A stretch of DNA of 64,000 bases, from positions 2,688,001-2,752,000 of the forward strand of contig OZ243961.1 of assembly GCA_965214605.1 (NCBI GenBank), given 5' to 3'. This stretch comes from an uncultured Candidatus Binatia bacterium (GTDB lineage: Bacteria; Desulfobacterota; Binatia; Bin18). The notes under the pieces were generated by a model that worked only from the letters and a program-made list of their open reading frames with translations, was not told the origin of the DNA and did no database searches. Position numbers and translations under genes: made by a program. Positions 49,000 through 61,626 of this stretch are shown in pieces; the stretch's first letter is position 1; each line of letters starts with the position of its first letter.

Positions 49000-49359
49000 A
49001 GCTGGCCGTGCTTCGCCCGGCGTGAACCACGGCCAGTCGCGACGGCGTGGAAGCTCTCTGCTATGAGCCCGATACCTGGCGTGCGGCGCAGGTGCGCAAT
49101 GGCGGCGGGATTGAGGGCAAGAGACCCGCTACGGATGATGAAGGGGAAACCGTCAAGCAGGGAGGCGGTCAAACGCTGGATTGATAAAGAGATGAAAGGC
49201 CGGTCGTGTTGGTCGGGACTCACACCGCTGTCCGTCCGTGGATCCCCTCCGAGATTCGCAAGTCGTGGGCGGTATCAGCGAGGACGATCTCACCGCCCGC
49301 CGGTCGCCCTCGGCGACTGATGAGCGGGACCGGGGCGGCGCACTGATGCCCCCATCTCC

Positions 49360-50682
49360 TCAGCGCCGGCCGCTGACCATGTTGCGCAGCGAATAGAACT
49401 GCTTGGCACGCCCCGGCGAGAAGGTCCGCTTCAGCACATAACAGTGCGTGTAGGTCGCGTGCGGCTTCTTGGCGTTGATGCTCGTCTCGCCCACATGAAG
49501 AAAGACCTGGTGACCGACATTCTTGGAGAAGTCCTGCTCCAGATACGGGGCCTGCCGGGCAGGCTCCTCGGCATAACTCTCCGAGTATTTCAGAAAGTGT
49601 TGACTCAGCCGCAGGAGCTTGTCGTCCCGCCGGTCAAAAGCCACCATCCAGTGCGTCCAGTAGGTTTCGGTGTCAATAAACACGATCTTGTGGCTGTACG
49701 GATGGGTCTCGCTCTTCGGGTCAATCTGCAGGACGTGGGTGTCGCGCACCTCCCAGCGGGCCTTGTGCGGCACCCACAGATGGGGCCCACCCGCCTCTGG
49801 GTTGGTGGCCACATTGATGGTCGCCAGCACCGGCTTGCGGCCCAAATAGGTCCACTCCTGTTCATAAATTTTGCCGCCAAACCCCATCATGTCTTCCGGG
49901 GTAAAATCCATCCCCATCATCTCGCTAGTGCGCTCCGAGGCCAGGGTGCGGCGCGGCTTGCGCTGCGCCGGCAGATAGGTCCAGCCGCTGTCTTCTTTGT
50001 AGTGATCGACATAGGTGATGGACAGGTTCTTGGCCCCCGTCATATCCCGCGGGGACCGGAACTCCATCAAGGACTTCCGGCGCACCTCTTCATACCCCGG
50101 CACCAGACAGTGCGTCCCCCGCGCATACTCGGCATTGACCGCGGTAAACTCGAACTCCCGATCCAGCTGGCCGTATTCGCTCCGCGACCAGGCCACCATC
50201 GGCATCATATAATCATCCTGCCCGGGCCGCCACAGCATATTCCAGATGACCTTGAGCGCGATCTGCGGATCAGCAGGGGCAATATCTGGAAACGGAAACC
50301 CGCCGCCCTGAAAATCCACCAGCACCCCCTGCGCATCCAGCGCATAGCCGGGTACGACCTGGTGGCCCCACTCCGGCGGCGGCGGATAGTCGCCCGTGGC
50401 GGCGATCTCCATCTCCATGGCCTCAAAGAAGTAATACGCCCAGGCCGACTGGGGGATGAACGGCTCCAGCGCGTGGCGGTCTTGGAAGCCCAGGGTGTGG
50501 CCGGGCTCAAACGTCGCCGGGGCTTCCCGGTAGTGTTCGAGCCAATTCACCAGGGCCTGATAGCTCTGATCTGCCGCGCCACGGGCCGGAGCGGGTGCCG
50601 CCCACGTGTCCGCCAGGATGAGAGCGACACACAGCCCGACTAGGCGCACGACGGAAGGTTGGTGTCTTCGTATTCTGCGCAT
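49360..50682 (-). CDS. DUF1329 / LolA-like periplasmic protein
   Basis: Signal peptide; GFPFPDI...KVIWN; SPRDMTG; WTYLPAQRKPRR; WEVR; HPYSHK..FID.ET; ATG after AAGGAGGA. Confidence 0.85.
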   Translation of the reverse strand: MRRIRRHQPSVVRLVGLCVALILADTWAAPAPARGAADQSYQALVNWLEHYREAPATFEPGHTLGFQDRHALEPFIPQSAWAYYFFEAMEMEIAATGDYPPPPEWGHQVVPGYALDAQGVLVDFQGGGFPFPDIAPADPQIALKVIWNMLWRPGQDDYMMPMVAWSRSEYGQLDREFEFTAVNAEYARGTHCLVPGYEEVRRKSLMEFRSPRDMTGAKNLSITYVDHYKEDSGWTYLPAQRKPRRTLASERTSEMMGMDFTPEDMMGFGGKIYEQEWTYLGRKPVLATINVATNPEAGGPHLWVPHKARWEVRDTHVLQIDPKSETHPYSHKIVFIDTETYWTHWMVAFDRRDDKLLRLSQHFLKYSESYAEEPARQAPYLEQDFSKNVGHQVFLHVGETSINAKKPHATYTHCYVLKRTFSPGRAKQFYSLRNMVSGRR

Positions 50683-51180
50683 ACGTTCCTCCTTGCAAAA
50701 CATCCGAGAATAACTGATAACTTAGCAAGCCAGAGGGAGGAAGAATAGGCCGGTGTGAGGAGGCGAGGCCGGGACTCCGAGTCGGAGAGCGGGCCGGGTG
50801 AGTGAAATATGTAGGTGTTTGAATGGTCAGGCTTTTCAGTCTGCTCTCCTCCCAATTTCATCAAGCGAAACCTCATCGCGCAAGCGTTGCGGCCATCTCC
50901 ATTCTGCCACCGTTCCGCAGCTACGCGGTCATGTCGCCTCCTTTCCCGTAGCCTTACCAATAATGTCGCTGGTGTCGTCGAGCAGGCTGCGCGTCTCAGT
51001 TGCTGTCAACCGGACGGCGACTAAGATCAATCAGTTCGCGCGTTTCACACTCCGGGCTGTAGCAAAAAACAGTGAGCGGACAAGCCAGAGCGCCAGGCGG
51101 CTTCCTGCTTACCGGACGAGCCAAGGTAGCTGCACACAAGAGACAAGAGGGACAGATGACAAATCCCATTAGCTGCTTGA

Positions 51181-51196
51181 TGTTCAACGTGAAACA
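51181..51196. other. parS: parS site
   Basis: TGTTCAACGTGAAACA vs consensus TGTTNCACGTGAAACA; upstream of parA. Confidence 0.85.
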
Positions 51197-51211
51197 ATAC
51201 CGAAGCGAAAA

Positions 51212-51227
51212 TGTTTCACATGAAACA
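51212..51227. other. parS: parS site
   Basis: TGTTTCACATGAAACA, one mismatch to TGTTTCACGTGAAACA. Confidence 0.9.
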
Positions 51228-51280
51228 TTTGCCAGTCCAAGCGCTGTTTTTTGTGGAAAACGTATGCTAGGAAATCCGCA

Positions 51281-52159
51281 GTGGGAAGGGTGATCTGTAT
51301 AGCCAACCGGAAGGGTGGGGTGGGGAAGACGACAACTGCAATTAATCTTGCTGCCTGCCTCGGTGTCGTCAAAGCGCCAACCTTGTTAATCGACTGCGAT
51401 CCTCAGGCCAACGCCACGAGTGGTATTGGAGCGCGTATTGAGCAGCAGAACGCGACTCTATACGAAGTGCTGCTGGGCGAATATCCACTCCAAGAGGCCA
51501 TTGCCAAAACCGTCATTGAGCACCTCGACGTCTTGCCGGCGACGCATGACTTGATCGGCGTCGAAGTTGAGTTGCTCAACACAGACAACCGCGAGTACAT
51601 ACTGCACGGCCTGCTGCGTCGTCTGGCCCAGTATGAGTATATCTTGCTTGACTGTCCGCCTTCCCTGGGACTGTTGACGGTCAACGCCCTAACAGCTGCC
51701 GATAGTGTCTTGATTCCGCTTCAGTGTGAGTATTACGCTCTTGAGGGTCTGCGCTCCCTGTTGGAAACAATTGATCTCCTGCGTGCTCGCTTAAACCCCG
51801 ATTTGGTGATTGAGGGGCTGTTGCTGACCATGTTTGACCAGAGAAATCGTCTGTCTCGACAGGTTGAGGATGAGGTCCGGCAATTTTTTCCTGATCAAGT
51901 GTTTAGGACCGTTATTCCGCGCAACGTTCGGCTCGGTGAGAGCCCAAGTCATGGCCTGCCCATTATTCTCTACGACCCGTCGTGCCGGGGCGCGCAGAGT
52001 TATGTGGCCTTAGCTCAGGAGATCCTCGCACGGAGGCCGACGCCGGTCATCGCCCAGCAGGCTGCTTCTGAGGAAAAAGTGAACGAAGAGACCCATCTCT
52101 CCAAGAAGGGAGCATCGTTCACTTTTGTGGAAACGACACGGGGAGGAATAGATGAGTGA
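51281..52159 (+). CDS. parA: Chromosome partitioning ATPase ParA/Soj with C-terminal extension
   Basis: KGGVGKTT, IDCDPQAN, DCPPSLG, IPRNVRLGESPSHG. Confidence 0.98.
   Translation: MGRVICIANRKGGVGKTTTAINLAACLGVVKAPTLLIDCDPQANATSGIGARIEQQNATLYEVLLGEYPLQEAIAKTVIEHLDVLPATHDLIGVEVELLNTDNREYILHGLLRRLAQYEYILLDCPPSLGLLTVNALTAADSVLIPLQCEYYALEGLRSLLETIDLLRARLNPDLVIEGLLLTMFDQRNRLSRQVEDEVRQFFPDQVFRTVIPRNVRLGESPSHGLPIILYDPSCRGAQSYVALAQEILARRPTPVIAQQAASEEKVNEETHLSKKGASFTFVETTRGGIDE
52075..52126 (+). repeat. Palindromic element copy within the parA tail
   Basis: AAAAGTGAACGA...TCGTTCACTTTT 12-bp stem; 22-nt middle with CAAGAAG; encodes VNEETHLSKKGASFT. Confidence 0.85.
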
Positions 52160-53090
52160 AGCCGCGGCCAATACTCAGACGGGCGTCAAATCAACTCCAA
52201 AACGCCGTGGCCTTGGCCGCGGTCTGAGCGCGCTCATACCTGGGGGCATGTCCATGGCGGCGCCAGCTGCTGAACGGCGTGTCCATGTATCCGAAATTCG
52301 GCCCAACCCGCGTCAGCCCAGACGTTATTTTGACGAGCAGCGGATTGCTGAGTTGGCCGAATCGATTCGTCAGCAGGGTGTGCTACAGCCGCTGGTGGTG
52401 CGTAAAGCCGCTTCCGGCTATGAGCTGATTGTCGGAGAACGCCGATTTCGCGCGGCTCAGCGGGCTGGCTTAGAGCGGGTGCCGGTTATTGTGAAGGAGG
52501 TGAGCGACGCCGAGACCCTGGAAATCGCTCTGGTAGAGAACATTCAGCGCGAAGAACTCACTCCAATTGAAGAAGCGCTTGCCTACCGTCAGCTGATAGA
52601 CGAGTTTCGGCTAACCCAAGAGGACGTAGCCAAACGGGTTGGAAAAAGTCGGCCAGTCATCGCCAACCTGCTGCGGATCCTGAATTTACCCGAGGAAATC
52701 AAAGAAGACGTCGACCACGGCACTCTCTCGGTTGGCCATGCCCGTTCACTGCTGGCCCTAGAAACGCCCCAAAAACAGATTGAGGTGGCACGTCATGTCA
52801 TCCGTCAGGGGTTATCGGTGCGGGAAACCGAGACGCTGATTGCCCGCTCTTTAGAGGGGACCACAGCTGTAACGGTCCCAAGTCAGCCTCCCGGCCCAGA
52901 AAAATCGGTCGGTCATGCGGATATTTATTTAAAGGCAATTGAAGAAGAACTAATGCGCGAGCTCGGGACGAAAGTGCGCCTGCACTCCCGAAAAAAGGGC
53001 GGCAGGATTGAAATTGAGTACTATTCCAACCAAGAGCTCGACGGCCTGTTAGCCCGCCTCAGAAATACAAATAAAAAACCGTTTGCCTGA
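52152..53090 (+). CDS. parB: Chromosome partitioning protein ParB/Spo0J
   Basis: GLGRGLSAL, PNPRQPR, GERRFRA, ENIQREEL, HTH. Confidence 0.98.
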   Translation: MSEAAANTQTGVKSTPKRRGLGRGLSALIPGGMSMAAPAAERRVHVSEIRPNPRQPRRYFDEQRIAELAESIRQQGVLQPLVVRKAASGYELIVGERRFRAAQRAGLERVPVIVKEVSDAETLEIALVENIQREELTPIEEALAYRQLIDEFRLTQEDVAKRVGKSRPVIANLLRILNLPEEIKEDVDHGTLSVGHARSLLALETPQKQIEVARHVIRQGLSVRETETLIARSLEGTTAVTVPSQPPGPEKSVGHADIYLKAIEEELMRELGTKVRLHSRKKGGRIEIEYYSNQELDGLLARLRNTNKKPFA

Positions 53091-53178
53091 TGTCTCCCTG
53101 ATACACCCTAGCCCTAATGCGGATTTCCCTTTATATAGAAACACGCCGACTCCGTTCGGAGAGAGGAGACTCCAAGCT

Positions 53179-53619
53179 GTGTTAGCATTTCCTCCAGATT
53201 GGACGTTTTTCTGCCAGATTCTTCTTTTTCTTCTCTTGTGGTCTGTGTTGCGCCGGGTGCTGTTTGAGCCCAACCTGACCCTGTTGGCCAACCGAGAACG
53301 GCACAGCGCCGGGGCCCTCCAAGAGGCGGCTCAGATCAAGGCGGAAGCTGAAGTGAAGGGCCAGGAGTATCGCAGCCAGCTCACCGCAGCGCGCTCGGGT
53401 GCCATGCAGGAAGTCGAGGCGGTTTACCGCGAAGCCCAAGAGCAGTCGCAGACGCTGGTCGAACAGGCCCGCAATGAAGCTGCCCAGACACTCGCCCGGA
53501 TGCGGCAGACTCTTGAAGCCGAGATTGCCGCGGCGCGCCAGGACCTTGAACAACGCATCCCCAACTTTTCCAACGAGATTGCCGAGCGACTGCTAGGCAG
53601 ATCCCTGACACAATCATGA
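53179..53619 (+). CDS. ATP synthase F0 subunit b'
   Basis: GTG after AGGAG; TM, then LFEP...RE coiled coil, LLGRSL end. Confidence 0.9.
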   Translation: MLAFPPDWTFFCQILLFLLLWSVLRRVLFEPNLTLLANRERHSAGALQEAAQIKAEAEVKGQEYRSQLTAARSGAMQEVEAVYREAQEQSQTLVEQARNEAAQTLARMRQTLEAEIAAARQDLEQRIPNFSNEIAERLLGRSLTQS

Positions 53620-54245
53620 ACACCCACCTGAACAAGATGGTCAGTCTCCTCGCCGTCCTTTCTCCAGTGCTGCTGGTGACCGCGGTCTGGGCGGCCAGCG
53701 GAGGAGAAGGAGACGAGCACCACGGCGTGACCCAGGATCAACTCCTCGGCCTCCTTTTCTTTGCGATTAACTTTGGGCTGTTTGTCCTTGTCCTGCGAAA
53801 ATTTGCCCTGCCCTTTGTCAAGGAGTCGCTCCACAAGCGCAAAGAGACGGTTGTCAAGGCGCTCAACGAAGCCAAGCTGGCCCAGGCCGAAGCCGAGCAG
53901 GTCCGACGTGAGTACGAAGAGAAGCTCGCCGGTTTAGAGGCTGAAGAACAAGCCCTGCGTGCTCAGGCCTTGGAATCGGCCCAACGCGAGAAAACACGCA
54001 TTCTTGAAGAGGCCGGCCGCCTGGCCGAGCGCGCCCGGCTGGAGGCGCAGCAAATAGCCGAGCGCGAGGTCGAACAGGCCCGGCGGACATTACGTGAGGA
54101 TGTGGCTGAGCAGGCGGTAAGAATCGCCACCGAACTGATCCGTATCCAGCTGCGTCCAGCCGACCAGAGCCGTCTGATCAATGATCTTATTGAGAAGGCG
54201 GACGATGAGAGTAGTAGAGAGGGACGGGATGCCAGCAGCCGCTAG
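53616..54245 (+). CDS. atpF: ATP synthase F0 subunit b
   Basis: WAASGGEGDEHHG leader, INFGLF TM, coiled coil, DQSRLI. Confidence 0.93.
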   Translation: MNTHLNKMVSLLAVLSPVLLVTAVWAASGGEGDEHHGVTQDQLLGLLFFAINFGLFVLVLRKFALPFVKESLHKRKETVVKALNEAKLAQAEAEQVRREYEEKLAGLEAEEQALRAQALESAQREKTRILEEAGRLAERARLEAQQIAEREVEQARRTLREDVAEQAVRIATELIRIQLRPADQSRLINDLIEKADDESSREGRDASSR

Positions 54246-54765
54246 ACGATACGCCAAAGCCCTGCTCAGTCTGGCCCAAGAGGTCGGCCAGGAAGAAGCT
54301 ATTGGGACCGAGCTGAAGCATATTGCCACGGTGCTAGCCGAACCAGACCTAGCCCGGACTCTGGCCCTCCCAACCCTGCCACCTAAAACACGGGGTGAGA
54401 TTGTCGAGAGCCTGATCCGTGCCGCCGCGCCCCACCCGCTGGTGGCCAACTTCCTGCGCGTCCTGGCCGTCAACGACCGTCTGAATGTCCTGGCCGATAT
54501 TGAGAGTAGCTATCAGAGGCTGCTGGAAAAACTGCTGGGGCGGGTAAGAGCCACGGTAAAATCGGCGTTCGAGTTGTCTGAAGACGAAGTCCAGTCCATC
54601 GTTGACGCCTTCAGTCACAAGACCGGGAGGACCGTCATCCCCATCCTGGAGCTTGAGCCTGAATTGCTGGGAGGGGTGACGGTTGAAATCGAGGGTCGGG
54701 TATACGACGCTAGCCTCAGGACACAGCTCCAACGACTCGGTCAGTCTTTGGCCCAACGGTTGTAG
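54229..54765 (+). CDS. atpH: ATP synthase F1 delta
   Basis: ARRYAKAL, NFL, PELLGG, YDASLR. Confidence 0.96.
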   Translation: MPAAARRYAKALLSLAQEVGQEEAIGTELKHIATVLAEPDLARTLALPTLPPKTRGEIVESLIRAAAPHPLVANFLRVLAVNDRLNVLADIESSYQRLLEKLLGRVRATVKSAFELSEDEVQSIVDAFSHKTGRTVIPILELEPELLGGVTVEIEGRVYDASLRTQLQRLGQSLAQRL

Positions 54766-54866
54766 GGGCCTATGTACTCAGAGAGGTGGGGTATCGTTCA
54801 CTGTGACCGGGAGGCACGGGCAGAGAGATCTGAACGATAACGATCAACCGACAAAAAGAGGATGTA

Positions 54867-56375
54867 ATGGAACTGCGTGCGGCTGAGATTAGCGAAATTA
54901 TCAAGCAACAGATTCAGGGCTATGACACCCAGGTTGAGCTACGTGAGACCGGCACTGTTCTGTCGGCCAGCGACGGTATCGCTCGGATTCACGGCCTAGA
55001 CCAGGTCGCGTCCGGTGAATTGCTCCAATTTCCAGACGATATGCTTGGCTTGGCCCTGAATCTCGAAGAGGACAATGTCGGGGCCGCAGTGTTCGGCGAG
55101 GTCCAGGCTATTAAAGAGGGAGACGAGGTCCGTCGTACCGGGCGTATCGCCGGGGTCCCGGTAGGCGAGGCAATGCTGGGCCGGGTAGTCAATGCTCTTG
55201 GTCAGCCCATTGATGGAAAAGGGCCGATTGAGAGCGCCGAGTCGCGACGGATTGAGGTCAAAGCCCCAGGTATCGTGTTGCGCCAACCGGTCAAAGAGCC
55301 CGTCCAGACCGGCCTGAAAGCCATCGACTCAATGATCCCCATCGGCCGCGGGCAGCGCGAACTCATCATTGGCGACCGCCAGACCGGCAAAACCGCTATT
55401 GTTGTCGATACGATTATCAATCAGAAGGACGGCGACATGCAGTGCATCTATATCGCCGTCGGGCAGAAGCGTTCTACTGTCGCTCAGGTGGTTGAGCGTT
55501 TGACCCGAGCCGGTGCGCTCGACTATACGACCGTTGTGGTCGCCAGCGCTTCGGACGCCGCGCCGTTGCAGTTTATTGCGCCCTATGCGGGCTGCGCGAT
55601 TGGCGAGTACTTTCGCGACAACGGCAAGCACGCGCTCGTCATCTACGACGATTTATCCAAGCACGCCGTTGCCTATCGCCAGCTTTCGCTCCTGCTGCGC
55701 CGTCCGCCGGGGCGGGAGGCGTTTCCGGGAGATGTGTTCTACCTGCACTCCCGGCTGCTCGAACGGGCCGCCAAGATGAGTGATGCCGAAGGTGGCGGCT
55801 CGCTGACCGCCCTGCCTATTATTGAAACCCAGGCTGGTGACGTTTCGGCCTATATTCCGACCAATGTGATCTCAATTACCGATGGCCAGATTTTTCTTGA
55901 AACCGACCTGTTCAACTCGGGTATCCGTCCCGCGGTCAACGTTGGCATTTCGGTCTCGCGGGTCGGCGGATCGGCCCAGATCAGAGCGATGCGCCAGGTG
56001 GCCGGTTCGCTGCGCCTCGACTTGGCCCAGTACCGGGAGATGGCCGCCTTTGCCCAGTTCGGTTCTGACCTTGACGCCGCCACCCAGCGGATGCTGGCCC
56101 GCGGCACACGCCTAGTCGAAGTGCTCAAACAGGGCCAGTATGAGCCGCTGTCGGTCGAACACCAGGTACTCATCATTTACGCTGGCACAAACGGTTTTCT
56201 AGACCAGTTCCCAGAGTCGGCGCTCAAAAAATACGAGACCGAACTGTTTCTTTTTGTCGATACCGCCCACCCGGACCTGTTGTCAGATCTGCGCGCCAAG
56301 CGGGAATTGACGGACGATATCAAGGAGCGCCTTGAGGCCGTCCTTCGAGAGTTCAACGAAACTTTTATAGCGTAA
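54867..56375 (+). CDS. atpA: ATP synthase F1 alpha
   Basis: [32 protein letters not shown]. Confidence 0.99.
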   Translation: MELRAAEISEIIKQQIQGYDTQVELRETGTVLSASDGIARIHGLDQVASGELLQFPDDMLGLALNLEEDNVGAAVFGEVQAIKEGDEVRRTGRIAGVPVGEAMLGRVVNALGQPIDGKGPIESAESRRIEVKAPGIVLRQPVKEPVQTGLKAIDSMIPIGRGQRELIIGDRQTGKTAIVVDTIINQKDGDMQCIYIAVGQKRSTVAQVVERLTRAGALDYTTVVVASASDAAPLQFIAPYAGCAIGEYFRDNGKHALVIYDDLSKHAVAYRQLSLLLRRPPGREAFPGDVFYLHSRLLERAAKMSDAEGGGSLTALPIIETQAGDVSAYIPTNVISITDGQIFLETDLFNSGIRPAVNVGISVSRVGGSAQIRAMRQVAGSLRLDLAQYREMAAFAQFGSDLDAATQRMLARGTRLVEVLKQGQYEPLSVEHQVLIIYAGTNGFLDQFPESALKKYETELFLFVDTAHPDLLSDLRAKRELTDDIKERLEAVLREFNETFIA

Positions 56376-56377
56376 CG

Positions 56378-58661
<2,284 letters not shown>

Positions 58662-58690
58662 ACAATGGTCTCGTCTTTGGAGTCACCGTT

Positions 58691-59098
58691 ATGGCAGAAA
58701 CACTCCGTCTGGTGTTAGTCACCCCCGAACGCACCCTGCTTGACGAAACGGTCGATGAGGTCAGCGCACCGGGTACGGTCGGGGAGTTTGGCGTCCTCCC
58801 GAACCATATCACCTTTCTGTCCTCCCTCCAGGCCGGTCGCCTCGAATACAAGCAGGGGAGTCGCTCCACACGCTTAGCGCTCAGCGGCGGTTTTGCCGAA
58901 GTCGTCGACAATGTGATGAGCGTTCTAGCGGATCGGGCTGAATTCGCCGACGAGATTGACCTTGAGGCCGCCCAGGCCTCGATAGTCGAGGCCGAAGAAA
59001 AGCTAAAAACGCTTGGCGAGAGCGACCCTGACTACGCCGAAACTGCTCAGACTTGGCAGTGGCAACAGGCCCGGGTCGCTGCCGCTGCCGGGCGCTAA
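58691..59098 (+). CDS. atpC: ATP synthase F1 epsilon
   Basis: LVTPER, GEFGVLPNH, SGGFAEV. Confidence 0.97.
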   Translation: MAETLRLVLVTPERTLLDETVDEVSAPGTVGEFGVLPNHITFLSSLQAGRLEYKQGSRSTRLALSGGFAEVVDNVMSVLADRAEFADEIDLEAAQASIVEAEEKLKTLGESDPDYAETAQTWQWQQARVAAAAGR

Positions 59099-59521
59099 GA
59101 ACTCTCCGTTTCTCTTTTCCCACGCGTCATAAGATTGTCTGAGAGGGGATTTCTTCTTTTGCGAAGTGAGAGGTGGGAGGAGCACTGTTAACGAGATGTG
59201 AGGCCGGGGCGCTGTTTGAGGTACCGGAGCCGCTTCCGTGTGAATATTCCAGTCGGCTAGGCCATAGCCTCGTATCAGCCCCGAGTTTCTCCAACTCCTG
59301 GCATTTTTGAGCGACCCTTTTGGCGATCCGCAGGTTCCACTTCAGGACTTCTTCCTGGTCAAAACAGGCCTTCTTTTCTCGGTCGCCTCTTTTCTTCGCT
59401 CCGTAATGTCTCCGGCCACGCACCAGGAGAAGCGCTCTACAAGATTGGTCGTGCAGAGGTTCAACGACCGCCTCTGTTGCAACTGTGGCTCTGCTTGGGA
59501 TGAAGCGGATTGGAAGTCGTC

Positions 59522-59557
59522 CAGCGTGCCCTCCCGCAGCTGCGGGAGGGCACGCTG
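59522..59557. terminator. Perfect 36-bp palindrome downstream of the SDR gene, probable terminator hairpin
   Basis: CAGCGTGCCCTCCCGCAG|CTGCGGGAGGGCACGCTG. Confidence 0.6.
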
Positions 59558-59580
59558 AGAAGGTTTTATGCCACAGGGGA

Positions 59581-60297
59581 TTAGAACTTTTCCTTGAAGG
59601 GCCGGACTTCCAGTTCGGTGGTCCAGGCGCTAGGGTCCTGATGGGCCAGATGCCAGTAGGTCTCGGCAATGGCCTCGGGCTTGAGCATGTCCTCGGCCGT
59701 GAACTGAGGGATGCTGCGGCCGGGGATGTCGATCACTCCGTCAACATTGACCCAGGCGACGTGAATCCCCTGAGGGCCAAGATCGCGCGCCATTGATTGC
59801 ACCAGGCCACGTAGCGCGAACTTGGCCGGCCCAAAGGCAACCGAGCGCGGGCCTGCCTTGACGCCAGCGGTTGCGCCGGTGAACAGCATGGTCCCGCGAC
59901 CTTTGGCGATCATGTCGGGCACGACTTCCTTGGCGCTCAGAAACGCCCCGTACGCGTTCACCCGCCAGGTTGTTTCGTACTGTTCGGGCGTGACATCGGT
60001 GATCGTGCCAAATAAACCGCTGCCGGCGTTGTAGAGGAGAACGTCGGGCGTGCCGAGCTGGTCACGAATTGTTTTGAAGACGGCCGTAACCTGCGCCTGG
60101 TCGCCGATATCGGCTGGGACCTCTAAGACCCGGCCGCCACCCGCTCTGATCTCTCCGGCTAGTGAACTGAGATATTCCGCCCGACGGGCGTTGATGGCAA
60201 CCGCGTAGCCCTGGGCAAAGCGGCGGGCTAGGGCCGCGCCCAAGCCCGGACCAACGCCGAGTACCGCAGCTACTGGAAGCGATTGTGCGTCTGACAT
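59581..60297 (-). CDS. Short-chain dehydrogenase/reductase
   Basis: GVGPGLG, LYNAG, FTGATA, FGPAK in place of YxxxK, SAWTTE; strong SD AAGGAGG. Confidence 0.95.
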   Translation of the reverse strand: MSDAQSLPVAAVLGVGPGLGAALARRFAQGYAVAINARRAEYLSSLAGEIRAGGGRVLEVPADIGDQAQVTAVFKTIRDQLGTPDVLLYNAGSGLFGTITDVTPEQYETTWRVNAYGAFLSAKEVVPDMIAKGRGTMLFTGATAGVKAGPRSVAFGPAKFALRGLVQSMARDLGPQGIHVAWVNVDGVIDIPGRSIPQFTAEDMLKPEAIAETYWHLAHQDPSAWTTELEVRPFKEKF

Positions 60298-60929
60298 AAT
60301 GGTGTCCTCCTTATATTGTTACTTGTTCAGGTCGTTGAGCAGGACTGCGTCACTGATTTCCAGCTTAGGAGCGGGCTGCTCGTTCCGCGCTTTGTCGGCT
60401 TCTTCTTTGGTGAAGGCTCCGGTTATGGTCCGGCTGCCTTCCGGGAGGGCGAGGCTTTCTAATTTGCCACGGTGGGATTTCAATTTTTCTCGGAATTCCT
60501 TTGCACTTCCATTGTACGAAGCCGCTCTGGTCGCTGGGATGAATGTAGCGAAATCTGCCGCCTTCTTCTAGGTGGCAGTGTTGAAAAGGCCCCTGGCTTT
60601 TTCGTGGCGGCATATACAAAAAGACGGAGCAATAGAGACCGAGACTTAGCCGAGAAAATTCAGCCGGCCATTGATCGTATTGAGCAGAGTGACCGGAGAA
60701 GATCTCATGCCCTCCCTCGTTTGATACCCGGCTCTATCGCTACCCGCCGCCTTCATATCCCCCTGTAGGCTGCGGGTGCGTCGATTCCGAACAGAAGAGT
60801 CCTAAGAGTTGCCACTGCTCGGACTTTCGGTCATGATCTAGAATCCCCGGCAAGAGAGTCGATACCGTCTGCTCTCCGATTCGTTGCGCTCTGCCCTATC
60901 AAAAGCTGGTGTGGATTAAGAGAAGACGT

Positions 60930-61574
60930 ATGATGGATAAAGAGTTGGGTAGTGTGATTGATGACGAGCTTGACAAGGACGAGGAGGCTGAAGAGCAACG
61001 ACGGGTCGAGCTGCTGGCTGAGCTGGAACGCTTAGGCGAATTGCACTGTATGAGCTGCCAGCGCCCGCTATGCAGCCACGCCTATGTCATCTGCGTAGCC
61101 GTCGGCTTCAAGACCACCCCGCGGTGTGTCGGCTGCCTTGCTGACGGCTATGGTCGGCCCCCGTCCGAGTTGCTGGTCGACGCGCTTCGCTACATTCGAC
61201 GGCACCCGTGTTACTGGAGCGGCTGGCGGTGGGCTAACCAACACGAGGGCCAGCCCAGGAACCTGGAGCGACCGGCCTGTATCTGGCCAGAGGACAGTCC
61301 GCCCGAGGCGGCACTCAGAACAGACAGTCACGAGCCGGTCCTGCACGCTACGGCCGGAGCCGATGCGGTGTGGGATGCCGGAGATATGAGCTGTGGTGAT
61401 CTGGTGCTCAAACTCCGGCTGCGGATGGAAAAACTGCAGGCCGGACAGTTGATGGCCCTGACCGCCCATGATCCCGGCGCACCTCAGGATATCCCGGCCT
61501 GGTGTCGTTTGACCCGTCATACCCTGGTCGCTGCTAGCCATCCCCACTATTGGATACAGCGCCGGGCGGACTGA
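60930..61574 (+). CDS. TusA/SirA-family sulfur carrier fused to an N-terminal Cys-rich domain
   Basis: CMSCQRPLCSH...CVGC...C; C-terminal WDAGDMSCG...DPGAPQDIPAWCRLTRH. Confidence 0.85.
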   Translation: MMDKELGSVIDDELDKDEEAEEQRRVELLAELERLGELHCMSCQRPLCSHAYVICVAVGFKTTPRCVGCLADGYGRPPSELLVDALRYIRRHPCYWSGWRWANQHEGQPRNLERPACIWPEDSPPEAALRTDSHEPVLHATAGADAVWDAGDMSCGDLVLKLRLRMEKLQAGQLMALTAHDPGAPQDIPAWCRLTRHTLVAASHPHYWIQRRAD

Positions 61575-61626
61575 GCGGGGCAGACAAGTGGCCATGGAAA
61601 AACCAGGGGGGCACACCGAGGCCACT

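Noticed and set aside
49444-50643. 399-aa plus-strand ORF, and similar long antisense ORFs such as 1004..1879, 26141..26833 and 57318..57974
   Set aside because: Shadow ORFs opposite well-supported genes in high-GC DNA, with no recognisable motifs.
50700-51280. oriC
   Set aside because: Only an isolated one-mismatch DnaA-box-like word (TGTGGAAAA near 51252); no box cluster, AT-rich unwinding element or dnaA.
60320-60770. Gene remnant upstream of the SDR
   Set aside because: A minus-strand stretch reads protein-like (SAKEFREKLKSH...LLNDLNK) but has no clear start or family match.
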